From an uncultured Alphaproteobacteria bacterium (GTDB taxonomy: Bacteria > Pseudomonadota > Alphaproteobacteria > Rs-D84), in assembly GCA_944393245.1 (NCBI GenBank), contig CALXZM010000004.1, positions 383-64,382 of the forward strand: a stretch of 64,000 nucleotides of DNA, given 5' to 3'. Below, one piece after another: positions 56,477 through 64,000 of the stretch. The translations under genes were made by a program, and so were the position numbers. Each line of letters starts with the position of its first letter. Position 1 is the first letter of the stretch. The notes under the pieces are model-generated. The model worked only from the letters and a program-made list of their open reading frames with translations, made no database searches and had not been told where the DNA came from.

Positions 56477-57433
56477 TTAGCGTGCCACATCGCCACGCAG
56501 TTTTTCGTGGCAGATATAATTTTTTAATGTAAAACCACCCTGGGCCGACCAATTTAGCATACCGCGCCAGTTGTCATTCGGAATTTCAACGGTTGGCAAA
56601 GGATACGGTTTGCGTTGCAGTTGTTCGCGAACCTGGGGGATATGATTTTGATAAATGTGCGCGTCGTGCAGTTCGCCCTTTAACGTTCCTGGTTTCAGAC
56701 CCGCTTCTTTGGCATACAGCAATAACAGCAATGCATAACTGGCAATATTATAAGGTACGCCCAGGAACATATCACAGGAACGCTGGGTCCATATTAAAGA
56801 TAATTTTCCATCGCGCACAACCAGTTGGTGCATAACGTGGCACGGTGGTAACGCCATTTGCGGTATGGCGACTGGGTTCCACGCACTGACCAGTATACGA
56901 CGGTCGTTTGGATTGTTTTTTAATTTATAAATTGCATTTTGAACTTGGTCTATGCCAGGATTTTTTGGGTTAAAATTATCCGTTGGATTTTTGTTTATAC
57001 GTTTTTCGTTCCATACATATTCGCCACCAAAATGACGCCATTGAAACCCATAAATTGGCCCCAGGTCGCGTTCGGAATCCATAATTGAATTGCGTATAGT
57101 GTTTTTTTCGTCGTCGGTCAGATTTGGTAAATTATTGGTTGCAATATTGTATTTTTGTTCAACCTTTACCGGGTTTGCCCATTCGTCCCATATATGGCAC
57201 TTTCTGTCCTGTAACCAGCGTTTGTCGGTAATCCCGTGCAGAAAAAATTCCAGTTCGGTTGCTATGTTTTTCAGTCCCATTTTTTTTGTCGTGACCAATG
57301 GAAAACCAGTTGACATATCGTGTTCAAATACGGCACCAGCGGACAGGCCAATGTCTGGAATACCCGTGCGATTCATACGTAAATCTTTACCATTGGTCAT
57401 AATATTTTCCAAAATGTCTAAATATGCTTTCAT
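56477..57433 (-). CDS. thyA: Thymidylate synthase (ThyA, long 318-aa form)
   Basis: MKAYLDILENIMTNGKDLRMNRTGIPDIGLSAGAVFEHDMSTGFPLVTTKKM..., LPPCHVMHQLVV active-site Cys, C-terminal ...DVAR. Confidence 0.9.
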   Translation of the reverse strand: MKAYLDILENIMTNGKDLRMNRTGIPDIGLSAGAVFEHDMSTGFPLVTTKKMGLKNIATELEFFLHGITDKRWLQDRKCHIWDEWANPVKVEQKYNIATNNLPNLTDDEKNTIRNSIMDSERDLGPIYGFQWRHFGGEYVWNEKRINKNPTDNFNPKNPGIDQVQNAIYKLKNNPNDRRILVSAWNPVAIPQMALPPCHVMHQLVVRDGKLSLIWTQRSCDMFLGVPYNIASYALLLLLYAKEAGLKPGTLKGELHDAHIYQNHIPQVREQLQRKPYPLPTVEIPNDNWRGMLNWSAQGGFTLKNYICHEKLRGDVAR

Positions 57434-57486
57434 TGTTTTAATCCTTTGAAAAAAATCACACGCGCAAATGCGCGTGTGTTATTTAA

Positions 57487-58797
57487 CTAGCGAACCGATG
57501 CCTGTTGAAACAATTCTTCGGGCTTTACGGCTTTTTCTTTTGTTTTGACGTGTGTCAGCATTGCATCCAGTGCCTTGCGTTCGAAAATCATGCCCCGCAG
57601 CATTGCCAATGCATTTTGATTTTTGTTGTAAAAATCAAATACCTGCTTTGGATCTGGATAGCGGGCGGCCTCGGCCCAGACGGCCTGTTGCAGATCGTCA
57701 CGGGTGACCTCTACCTTGTTCTGGGTGCCCCATTCCGCCAATATCAGGCCCAATTTAACGCGACGTTCTGCGTCTTTGCGTTCTTTCTTTTCGTCCCATT
57801 TATGATCGTCGCCACAATCGCCGTCACAGTGTGCATGGGCGCGGTCGTGTTCCTGTTTGGCCATGTTTAATTCCTGGTCAACCAGAACGTCTGGCAAATC
57901 TAATTTAACCTTGTCCGCCAATATGTCCAATAATTCGTTGCGCATTTCACGTTTGGATGCCTCTTCATATTGGTCATTTAAAATTGTGCGAATGTGTTCA
58001 CGCAATTTTTCAACGGATTCATGACCGACAGATTTCGCCAGTTCGTCGTTCAATTCCGGCAAAGTGTGTTTGCGAACTTCGTGTACCTTGACCGCAAAAC
58101 GGGCGTTTTGACCGGCCAAGTGTTTTGCATGGTAATCAGATGGAAATTTGACGTTAACGTCAAATTCGTCACCTGATTTATGGCCGATAACCTGGTCTTC
58201 GAATCCAGGGATAAATGCACCAGAACCCAAAATTAAATGATGCTTTTCAGCGGCCCCACCTTCGAATTCTGTGTCGTTAACAAATCCCTTGAAATCAATA
58301 ACTGCGGTGTCACCATTTTGGGCAACATAATCATCTGGTTGCTTTTCCGCAACACTGCGTGATTTACGAATGTTTTCAATTGATTTTTCTACTTCTGATT
58401 CATCCAGTTTTGTGGTTTTTTTGGTAACTGTTAATTTTTCTAAATCAATTGGCGGTAATGTCGGCAGAATATCAAATTCCAGTGTGTATTCTGCATCCTG
58501 GCCAATTTCCCAACCGGCTAAATCTGCCTTGGGCGTGCCGGCCAGGCGAATTTTTTTGTCCGCAATATATTCGTTTAAATCGCGGTTCATCAGTTTGTCA
58601 ATTGCATCAGACATTGCAGATGCGTTGTATTTTTGACGCAGTATGTTTAATGGAATATGCCCCGGACGGAAGCCCGGCATTTTAGCCTTTTTCCCGTATT
58701 CCGTCAGAATTTCATCGGCCGCGGCCTGTAATTCGGTGGCGGATATTACCCCATTAACCGTATAGTGCAAATCTTTGATTTTTTCTTTTTTAAACAT
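57487..58797 (-). CDS. tig: Trigger factor
   Basis: MFKKEKIKDLHYTVNGVISATELQAAAD...PGFRPGHIPLNILRQKY. FKBP-type PPIase middle domain. Confidence 0.85.
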   Translation of the reverse strand: MFKKEKIKDLHYTVNGVISATELQAAADEILTEYGKKAKMPGFRPGHIPLNILRQKYNASAMSDAIDKLMNRDLNEYIADKKIRLAGTPKADLAGWEIGQDAEYTLEFDILPTLPPIDLEKLTVTKKTTKLDESEVEKSIENIRKSRSVAEKQPDDYVAQNGDTAVIDFKGFVNDTEFEGGAAEKHHLILGSGAFIPGFEDQVIGHKSGDEFDVNVKFPSDYHAKHLAGQNARFAVKVHEVRKHTLPELNDELAKSVGHESVEKLREHIRTILNDQYEEASKREMRNELLDILADKVKLDLPDVLVDQELNMAKQEHDRAHAHCDGDCGDDHKWDEKKERKDAERRVKLGLILAEWGTQNKVEVTRDDLQQAVWAEAARYPDPKQVFDFYNKNQNALAMLRGMIFERKALDAMLTHVKTKEKAVKPEELFQQASVR

Positions 58798-58922
58798 TGT
58801 GCTTCCCCATTGAAATAATGAAATTGCCGAATGATTATACACAGTTTTTTTATAAACGCAATACACTTTTTAATCATAATAAAAAAATCCGCCGTTGGGC
58901 GGATTTTTGATATGTATACGCA

Positions 58923-59414
58923 TTAACGTTTGCTGAACTGTGTGGAACGACGCGCCTTGTGACGGCCAAAGTGCTTACGTTCAACAACACGACTGTCGCG
59001 GGTCAGGAATCCGGCCGCTTTCAGTGTTTTGCGTAAATCTGGTTCGGCTTTTTCCAATGCCTTGGAAATACCGTGTTTTACGGCGCCCGCCTGGCCAGAC
59101 AAACCACCACCGGCGACAATTGCGTGAACGTCGTACGCGGTTTCACGTTTTGTAATGCCAAACGGTTGCGCGATAATCATTTGCAATACCGGACGACGGA
59201 AATATTCGGCCATCGGAATGCCATTAACGATAATTTGACCCTTGCCTGCAATCAGATATACACGTGCAATGGAATCTTTGCGTTTGCCCGTGGCATATGT
59301 CGCATTGGTCAATTTTACATCAGCCACCGCTTTTTTAGCAGTTGTTTTTGCCGGGGCGGCCTTTTTCGTTGTTTTTGCGGCTGTCTTGGTCGCAGTTTTC
59401 TTTGCTTCTGTCAT
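58923..59414 (-). CDS. rpsI: 30S ribosomal protein S9 with a Lys/Ala/Thr-rich N-terminal extension
   Basis: [26 protein letters not shown]...[19 protein letters not shown]...RRSTQFSKR. Confidence 0.9.
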   Translation of the reverse strand: MTEAKKTATKTAAKTTKKAAPAKTTAKKAVADVKLTNATYATGKRKDSIARVYLIAGKGQIIVNGIPMAEYFRRPVLQMIIAQPFGITKRETAYDVHAIVAGGGLSGQAGAVKHGISKALEKAEPDLRKTLKAAGFLTRDSRVVERKHFGRHKARRSTQFSKR

Positions 59415-59887
59415 TATTCGCCCCTTTTATTTTTACGATTTAATTCGGCAAAATTTATAACAATTGGGTTTTGTGCTGCGTGTTTGTGTTCCGGCCCCGC
59501 ATATACGTGCAGTTTGGTCAAACGTTTGTTCGCCAATGCAACTGCGGTGCGACGGCCCATCATACGCTTTACCGCGTTGGTAACCAGTTTTTCTGGTTTT
59601 TCGCTGCGCATCTGGCCCAGGGTGCGTTCCTTGGTACTGCCCGTCCACAATGAATGCCAAAAGAACTTGGTTTTGTCGGCCTTTTTGCCGGACAGTGCAA
59701 CCTTGTCCGCATTGATGATGATAACGTGATCGCCACAGTCCATATTCGGCGTCCACGTCGGCTTGTTTTTACCACGCAGGATGTTCGCAGTATATGCCGC
59801 CAAACGTCCCAACGTGCAATCGGTTGCGTCAATCAGATACCATTTGGCGTCCAATTCACACTTTTTTAACGATTTTGTCGCTGCCAT
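59414..59887 (-). CDS. rplM: 50S ribosomal protein L13
   Basis: [49 protein letters not shown]. The stop overlaps the rpsI start. Confidence 0.9.
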   Translation of the reverse strand: MAATKSLKKCELDAKWYLIDATDCTLGRLAAYTANILRGKNKPTWTPNMDCGDHVIIINADKVALSGKKADKTKFFWHSLWTGSTKERTLGQMRSEKPEKLVTNAVKRMMGRRTAVALANKRLTKLHVYAGPEHKHAAQNPIVINFAELNRKNKRGE

Positions 59888-59988
59888 AGTTTTTTACCTT
59901 TTATTAAAATTTAGCGGAACTATTATGCCCCGCCATACCAGAAAAGTCAAGAAAAATCGATACGGTATTATTGTACCGTATTATGTGG

Positions 59989-61644
59989 CTACATTTCATC
60001 TGGGATTTTCAATCCCATTAAATCGATTGCTGTGGCCAATGTGTCGCGTGCGATACGGGTTATTTTCAGTCGATGCGCCCGTGTTGCATCGTCCACATCA
60101 TCGCGCAGTATTGGGCAGTTGTGATAAAAACTGTTCGCCAATTGGCACAAATCATATGCATAGTTTGCAATCATATCTGTTGCGCGGTTGTCAAACGCAC
60201 TTTGCACCGTGCGTTCAAAGTCCAATGTTTCAATCAGCAAATTGCGTTCATCATCGGTCAGTGTTTTAACGGTATTAACATCGGACGTGTCCCCTGCCCG
60301 TTTTAATACGCTGTTCAGGCGTACGGCCGTGTACAAAATGTATGGACCGGTGCGTCCCTCAAAACTGGTGATTTGGTTTGGGTCAAAAACATAGTCTGAA
60401 CGCACATCGTGCAGCAAGTCATTGAATTTTACCGCCGCCAATGCAATTGATGCAATTGTATCATCGTCCAGTTTTTTGCCGGTATCTGTGACACGTGTGC
60501 GAACGGCATCGTTCACCATATCCAATATATCCAATAATTCAGCAACACCACCGTCACGTGTTTTGAATGGTTTTCCGTCTGGACCCGTCAATGCGCCAAA
60601 GCCAGTGTGAAACAGTTCGGCGTTTGTCAGTCCGGCCATTTTTGCGACACGAAAAACCTGTTGAAAGTGCAGATTTTGGCGCGAATCCGTAAAATAGCCA
60701 ATTATATCCGGCGTGTCGGTTTTAGTGCGATAATATATTGCCGACAAATCGGCCGCGGCGTATGTCTGGGTATCCGAACTGGTACGGAACATCAGGGGTG
60801 GCATTGGTGCGGTGTCATCGTCATTGCGAACGTTTACGACCATTGCACCGTCGGATTCGACCAATAATCCCTTGTCTGCCAATATTTTTTGTGTATCGGC
60901 AACATATGGGGCAACGCCACGTTCGCCCATTGTTGCATCAAACGGTAACAGATTCAACCGGTGTAACACCATATCCATCTGACCCACAGATATTTTCATA
61001 AAATCGTCATATATTTTACGATATTCTGGATTGCCTGATTGTAATTCAGCGGTGACTTCCTTGGCACGTGCCATCCATGCGTCGTCTGATTTTGCACGTG
61101 CGGTGGATTCTGGATAGATTTTGTTTAATTCGTCCGCGTTTTTAGGCATGCCGTATTCTAGAATCCATGCGATAATCAATCCCATAGGTCGCCCCCAATC
61201 GCCAATGTGATTGTAACTTTTGGTTGTGTGCCCCAAATGTTTTGCAATACGGTTGAACGTGTCACCAACAATAGATGTACGCAGGTGGCCAATGTGTAAT
61301 GCCTTGCCCACGTTATAGCCGCCGTAATCTAAATCAATCTTTTTTGGTGTGTCAGATTTACAGTTGTGTGGTTTTGCGGCCGCGTCCCATATAAATTCAT
61401 CGCGCAGTTTTATGTTTATAAATCCAGGTCCCGCGATTGATGCATCGGCAAGGAATTCCAATTCCTGTAACTGGGGCAGAATTTCCGCCGCCAATTCGCG
61501 TGGATTTTTGCCTGCACTTTTTGCCATAACCATGGCCGCGTTCGTTGAAAAATCGCCAAATGTGCGATTGCGCGGAACTTCCAGATTTGCGGTGAACCCC
61601 AGTTTTTTGTTTATTGATTCTGATACATATTTATACAAGTTCAT
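59989..61644 (-). CDS. argS: Arginyl-tRNA synthetase
   Basis: N-terminal Arg_tRNA_synt_N, HIGH motif (LHIGHLRTSIVGD), DALR anticodon-binding C-terminus. Confidence 0.9.
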   Translation of the reverse strand: MNLYKYVSESINKKLGFTANLEVPRNRTFGDFSTNAAMVMAKSAGKNPRELAAEILPQLQELEFLADASIAGPGFINIKLRDEFIWDAAAKPHNCKSDTPKKIDLDYGGYNVGKALHIGHLRTSIVGDTFNRIAKHLGHTTKSYNHIGDWGRPMGLIIAWILEYGMPKNADELNKIYPESTARAKSDDAWMARAKEVTAELQSGNPEYRKIYDDFMKISVGQMDMVLHRLNLLPFDATMGERGVAPYVADTQKILADKGLLVESDGAMVVNVRNDDDTAPMPPLMFRTSSDTQTYAAADLSAIYYRTKTDTPDIIGYFTDSRQNLHFQQVFRVAKMAGLTNAELFHTGFGALTGPDGKPFKTRDGGVAELLDILDMVNDAVRTRVTDTGKKLDDDTIASIALAAVKFNDLLHDVRSDYVFDPNQITSFEGRTGPYILYTAVRLNSVLKRAGDTSDVNTVKTLTDDERNLLIETLDFERTVQSAFDNRATDMIANYAYDLCQLANSFYHNCPILRDDVDDATRAHRLKITRIARDTLATAIDLMGLKIPDEM

Positions 61645-61662
61645 TTTTGTTATCCATCAAAA

Positions 61663-62943
61663 TTATATTGGTAATGTTACGCGAACCTTTAACCCGCCCA
61701 GGTCGCTGTTTTCCAAGAATAATTGGCCCCCATGGTTTTCAATTGCGGTTTGCGCAATGGATAATCCCAATCCGGTACCACCTGTTTTTTCATTTCTGGA
61801 TTCATCCAGACGTACGAATGGGCGCATTGCGTCGCGTTTTTTGTCGTCCGGAATGCCTGGACCGTCGTCTTCGATTATAATTTCTATGCTGTCTGTGTTG
61901 TCATGTTCGGTTATGCGAATTGTTTTGTTTGCATAACGTGCCGCGTTTTCAATAATGTTACCAAATGCGCGTGCCAACGCCATCGGACGTGCATAAAAGC
62001 GGGCCGGTTCATTTGGAAAATCTGTTTGAATGTCTTTATCCGGGGCGGCATCGCGTGCGATACGTATTAACATTGCTGGTAATTCAACAGATTGTTCTAT
62101 TTCAGGAATTTCACCACGTGCAAATGCCAGGTACCCGTTTACCATTTCCGTCATGCGGTCGATGTCTTGTAATAAATCGTTTTTAGATGCAGCATCTGTT
62201 TCCACGGCCAATCGCATACGTGCCAACGGGGTTTTTAAATCGTGGCTGACCGCGTTCAGCATATCTGTGCGGGTGCGATTATAGCGATTCAGGCGTTCCT
62301 TCATCGTAATCATTGCGGCGGCGGCTTCACGTATTTCTTTGGACCCGGTTGGTTGGAATCCAGGTGCGTCCAGCCCACGGCCAAACCGACCGGCGGCCTT
62401 GGCAATGCGACGAATACTGCGCGTGTGCATAATAATAAATGGTGTAATCAATATTGATACAATTAATATTGATCCAATCAGCCATATTATGAACACTTCG
62501 GTACTGGTGGAATAAATGCGGTATAATGATGTACCAAATGTGGCTATTTTTCCATCGTTTGTCGGTACGTCTATAAATACCAGGCGTTTGCCTTTATCAA
62601 TATAAATTTGGGCCGGACGTTTTAACCGATTTGATAATTCATTTGCCAACAGCCCTGCTTCGCGTGAATCGTTGTCATTTTTACTGGGCCGGTTCAGTTT
62701 TGAATTTATTGAAACGTTTATGCCCATTTCACGCCCCATGGTGCGTGCCGCATCGGTGTTGCCATCGTCCATAAAATTCATCATGGTAACGATTTCAACG
62801 GCCAAACTGCGCGCCAATGTTGCATGAACGCGCGCCCAGTGATTGCCAAAAAACACGTTGGCGATTATAACCTGGGCTATAATCAGGGGAATTAAAATCA
62901 TTAAAATTGTGCGCCATAAAAAGCTGCGTGGTATTAATCTCAT
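61663..62943 (-). CDS. Sensor histidine kinase (EnvZ-like: 2 TM, HAMP, HisKA, HATPase_c)
   Basis: H-box AVSHDLKTPLARMRL, N-box IIENAARYA, G-boxes DDGPGIPDD and GGTGLGLSI. Confidence 0.8.
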   Translation of the reverse strand: MRLIPRSFLWRTILMILIPLIIAQVIIANVFFGNHWARVHATLARSLAVEIVTMMNFMDDGNTDAARTMGREMGINVSINSKLNRPSKNDNDSREAGLLANELSNRLKRPAQIYIDKGKRLVFIDVPTNDGKIATFGTSLYRIYSTSTEVFIIWLIGSILIVSILITPFIIMHTRSIRRIAKAAGRFGRGLDAPGFQPTGSKEIREAAAAMITMKERLNRYNRTRTDMLNAVSHDLKTPLARMRLAVETDAASKNDLLQDIDRMTEMVNGYLAFARGEIPEIEQSVELPAMLIRIARDAAPDKDIQTDFPNEPARFYARPMALARAFGNIIENAARYANKTIRITEHDNTDSIEIIIEDDGPGIPDDKKRDAMRPFVRLDESRNEKTGGTGLGLSIAQTAIENHGGQLFLENSDLGGLKVRVTLPI

Positions 62944-63608
62944 TTTGTGTCACCGTTGCTGTCGTTCGTTTGGCGAATATGAATTAGTTTATATCCGCGA
63001 CCACGTATGGTAATTATATCCATATCAGATAATACACCATTTAATTTGTTGCGCAAGCGTTTTGCAACCATTGGGGCCGCCGGCGCGATATTCCCAATTG
63101 GTGTGGTCAGATTGCGCAGCAACTTTTTTTCTTCCCCAGATAATGGTAATATACGTGGCGGTTGGGATGAATTGCCGGGGGTGGTGATAAAAAATTCTTC
63201 GTCTGTGAAAATTAATCCGCCTGGTAATTCTGATGCAGGAATTGAATTATTTTTAATAATATTGTTTAATCTTAAAACTAATTCGCGTAATTGAAATGGT
63301 TTGGCCAGATAATCGTTTGCGCCACCAGCCAGGCCATCAATCGCATTTTCCGCCCCAGACATTGCCGTCAACATTATAACCGGGATATTTATGCCATTAT
63401 TACGTATTTGACGCAAAAATGTTAACCCGTCCATGCCGCCCAACATGCGATCCAAAACAATGGCATCGACCGTGATGCGTTTCAATATTTCTGTGCCGGT
63501 TTCAGCCGAATTTGCGGTTAAAATATAAAAACCATTGTCGCGCAAACCGCGGGCCAACGTTTTGCGCAACATGTCGTCGTCGTCGATAATTAAAACAGTT
63601 TTATTCAT
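62940..63608 (-). CDS. OmpR-family response regulator
   Basis: Receiver VLIIDDDDMLRKTLARGL...VLDRMLGGMDG...YLAKPF. C-terminal winged helix ...IITIRGRGYKL. Its stop overlaps the kinase start (ATGA). Confidence 0.85.
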   Translation of the reverse strand: MNKTVLIIDDDDMLRKTLARGLRDNGFYILTANSAETGTEILKRITVDAIVLDRMLGGMDGLTFLRQIRNNGINIPVIMLTAMSGAENAIDGLAGGANDYLAKPFQLRELVLRLNNIIKNNSIPASELPGGLIFTDEEFFITTPGNSSQPPRILPLSGEEKKLLRNLTTPIGNIAPAAPMVAKRLRNKLNGVLSDMDIITIRGRGYKLIHIRQTNDSNGDTK

Positions 63609-63634
63609 TTGGCATTAATTTTGCCGGTGCGAAT

Positions 63635-64000
63635 TTACTTTTTTAACGGTTCAACCGCATATTCGCCCGGTTGAATGGTCATTAATCCATTGGGGCCGGC
63701 CATGTCTTCTTCGCCAGCAACGTCGGCGCGGAACAGCATGCCCCCGGTTGTGAATTCAGTTTTAAACAGTGCATAGCCCGTTCCGCCCCCCGTTGTTGGG
63801 CCCTGCATCCCCAGTGAATAATAACCGCCCAGGATGCCATAATCCAAATCAATATAGTCAATATTTATCAATAAAGACACATTGCTGATTCCGTCACTGG
63901 TCATGTTGCATGCGAATTCGCGGTTTGATAATGTGGCCTGGGAATTAATGGGAATTACAATATCCATTATTGTTGGTTCGCAAGTGCGTGCAATTCCATT
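63635..64000 (-). CDS. Gly-rich hypothetical protein, 5'-partial (frame stays open to the window end)
   Basis: ...YSLGMQGPTTGGGTGYALFKTEFTTGGMLFRADVAGEEDMAGPNGLMTIQPGEYAVEPLKK. No stop upstream of the first Met up to position 64000. Confidence 0.35.
   Translation of the reverse strand, partial: NGIARTCEPTIMDIVIPINSQATLSNREFACNMTSDGISNVSLLINIDYIDLDYGILGGYYSLGMQGPTTGGGTGYALFKTEFTTGGMLFRADVAGEEDMAGPNGLMTIQPGEYAVEPLKK

Noticed and set aside
2186-58912. Recurring CCGCC-N4-6-GGCGG + T-run hairpins after many genes (9652, 17431, 30936, 39943, 42540, 50552, 58888, ...) as a possible REP-like repeat family
   Set aside because: Each sits exactly at a gene 3' end with a T tract and a different loop sequence. 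That is consistent with ordinary GC-clamped intrinsic terminators, not a dispersed repeat element.

Overview
This 64-kb window reads as an alphaproteobacterial chromosome. The evidence is GcrA, RodZ, bactofilin, an EnvZ/OmpR-like pair and the rplM-rpsI and adk-rpsA arrangements. It looks host-associated; housekeeping genes run at about 43-48% GC.

Core genes present:
- DNA repair and nucleotide metabolism: uvrA, rnhA, thyA, adk.
- Translation: rlmE, hisS, prfA, leuS, argS, rpsA, rpsI, rplM, tig.
- Central and lipid metabolism: tkt, aroK, rpiB, lpxA, lpxB, rfbA, acpS.
- Envelope and transport: mscL, tlyA, corA.
- Seven tRNA genes.

Interleaved with these are accessory genes for large Sec-signal proteins that are cysteine-rich and repeat-rich. 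They fall into at least two paralogous families.
- Family A has a glycine-zipper segment plus a conserved FSETDC...CCN / CWxWxC module (1-2156 and 44723-45931).
- Family B has a signal peptide, a basic Thr/Ser/Ala/Arg-rich low-complexity region and a C..Y..CM..(F/Y)CQ......Y.RC.CS module (3429-4535 and 36851-39592).
- One Family A gene sits in a tight minus-strand operon with an A24 prepilin-type aspartic peptidase and two other large secreted proteins (42591-47333).

Three tRNA genes (Pro-TGG, Arg-TCT, Pro-GGG) are each followed by tandem or degenerate repeats that re-duplicate the last ~20 nt of the tRNA. These look like integration-site scars or a family of small tRNA-3'-end-associated modules.

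The ~5 kb between tRNA-Pro(TGG) and tRNA-Arg(TCT) is AT-rich (about 35% GC) and carries accessory genes: a GNAT acetyltransferase, an MFS transporter, a truncated pyrophosphatase-fold protein and several hypotheticals.

Other oddities:
- A stand-alone Ffh (SRP54) M-domain ORF directly after uvrA.
- A ~200-nt rod-like structured RNA or MITE candidate upstream of an Omp25-like gene.
- A 1.1-kb strongly G+T-skewed non-coding stretch after mscL.
- MscL fused to a C-terminal zinc ribbon.

No CRISPR array, integrase, transposase or rRNA gene was seen.
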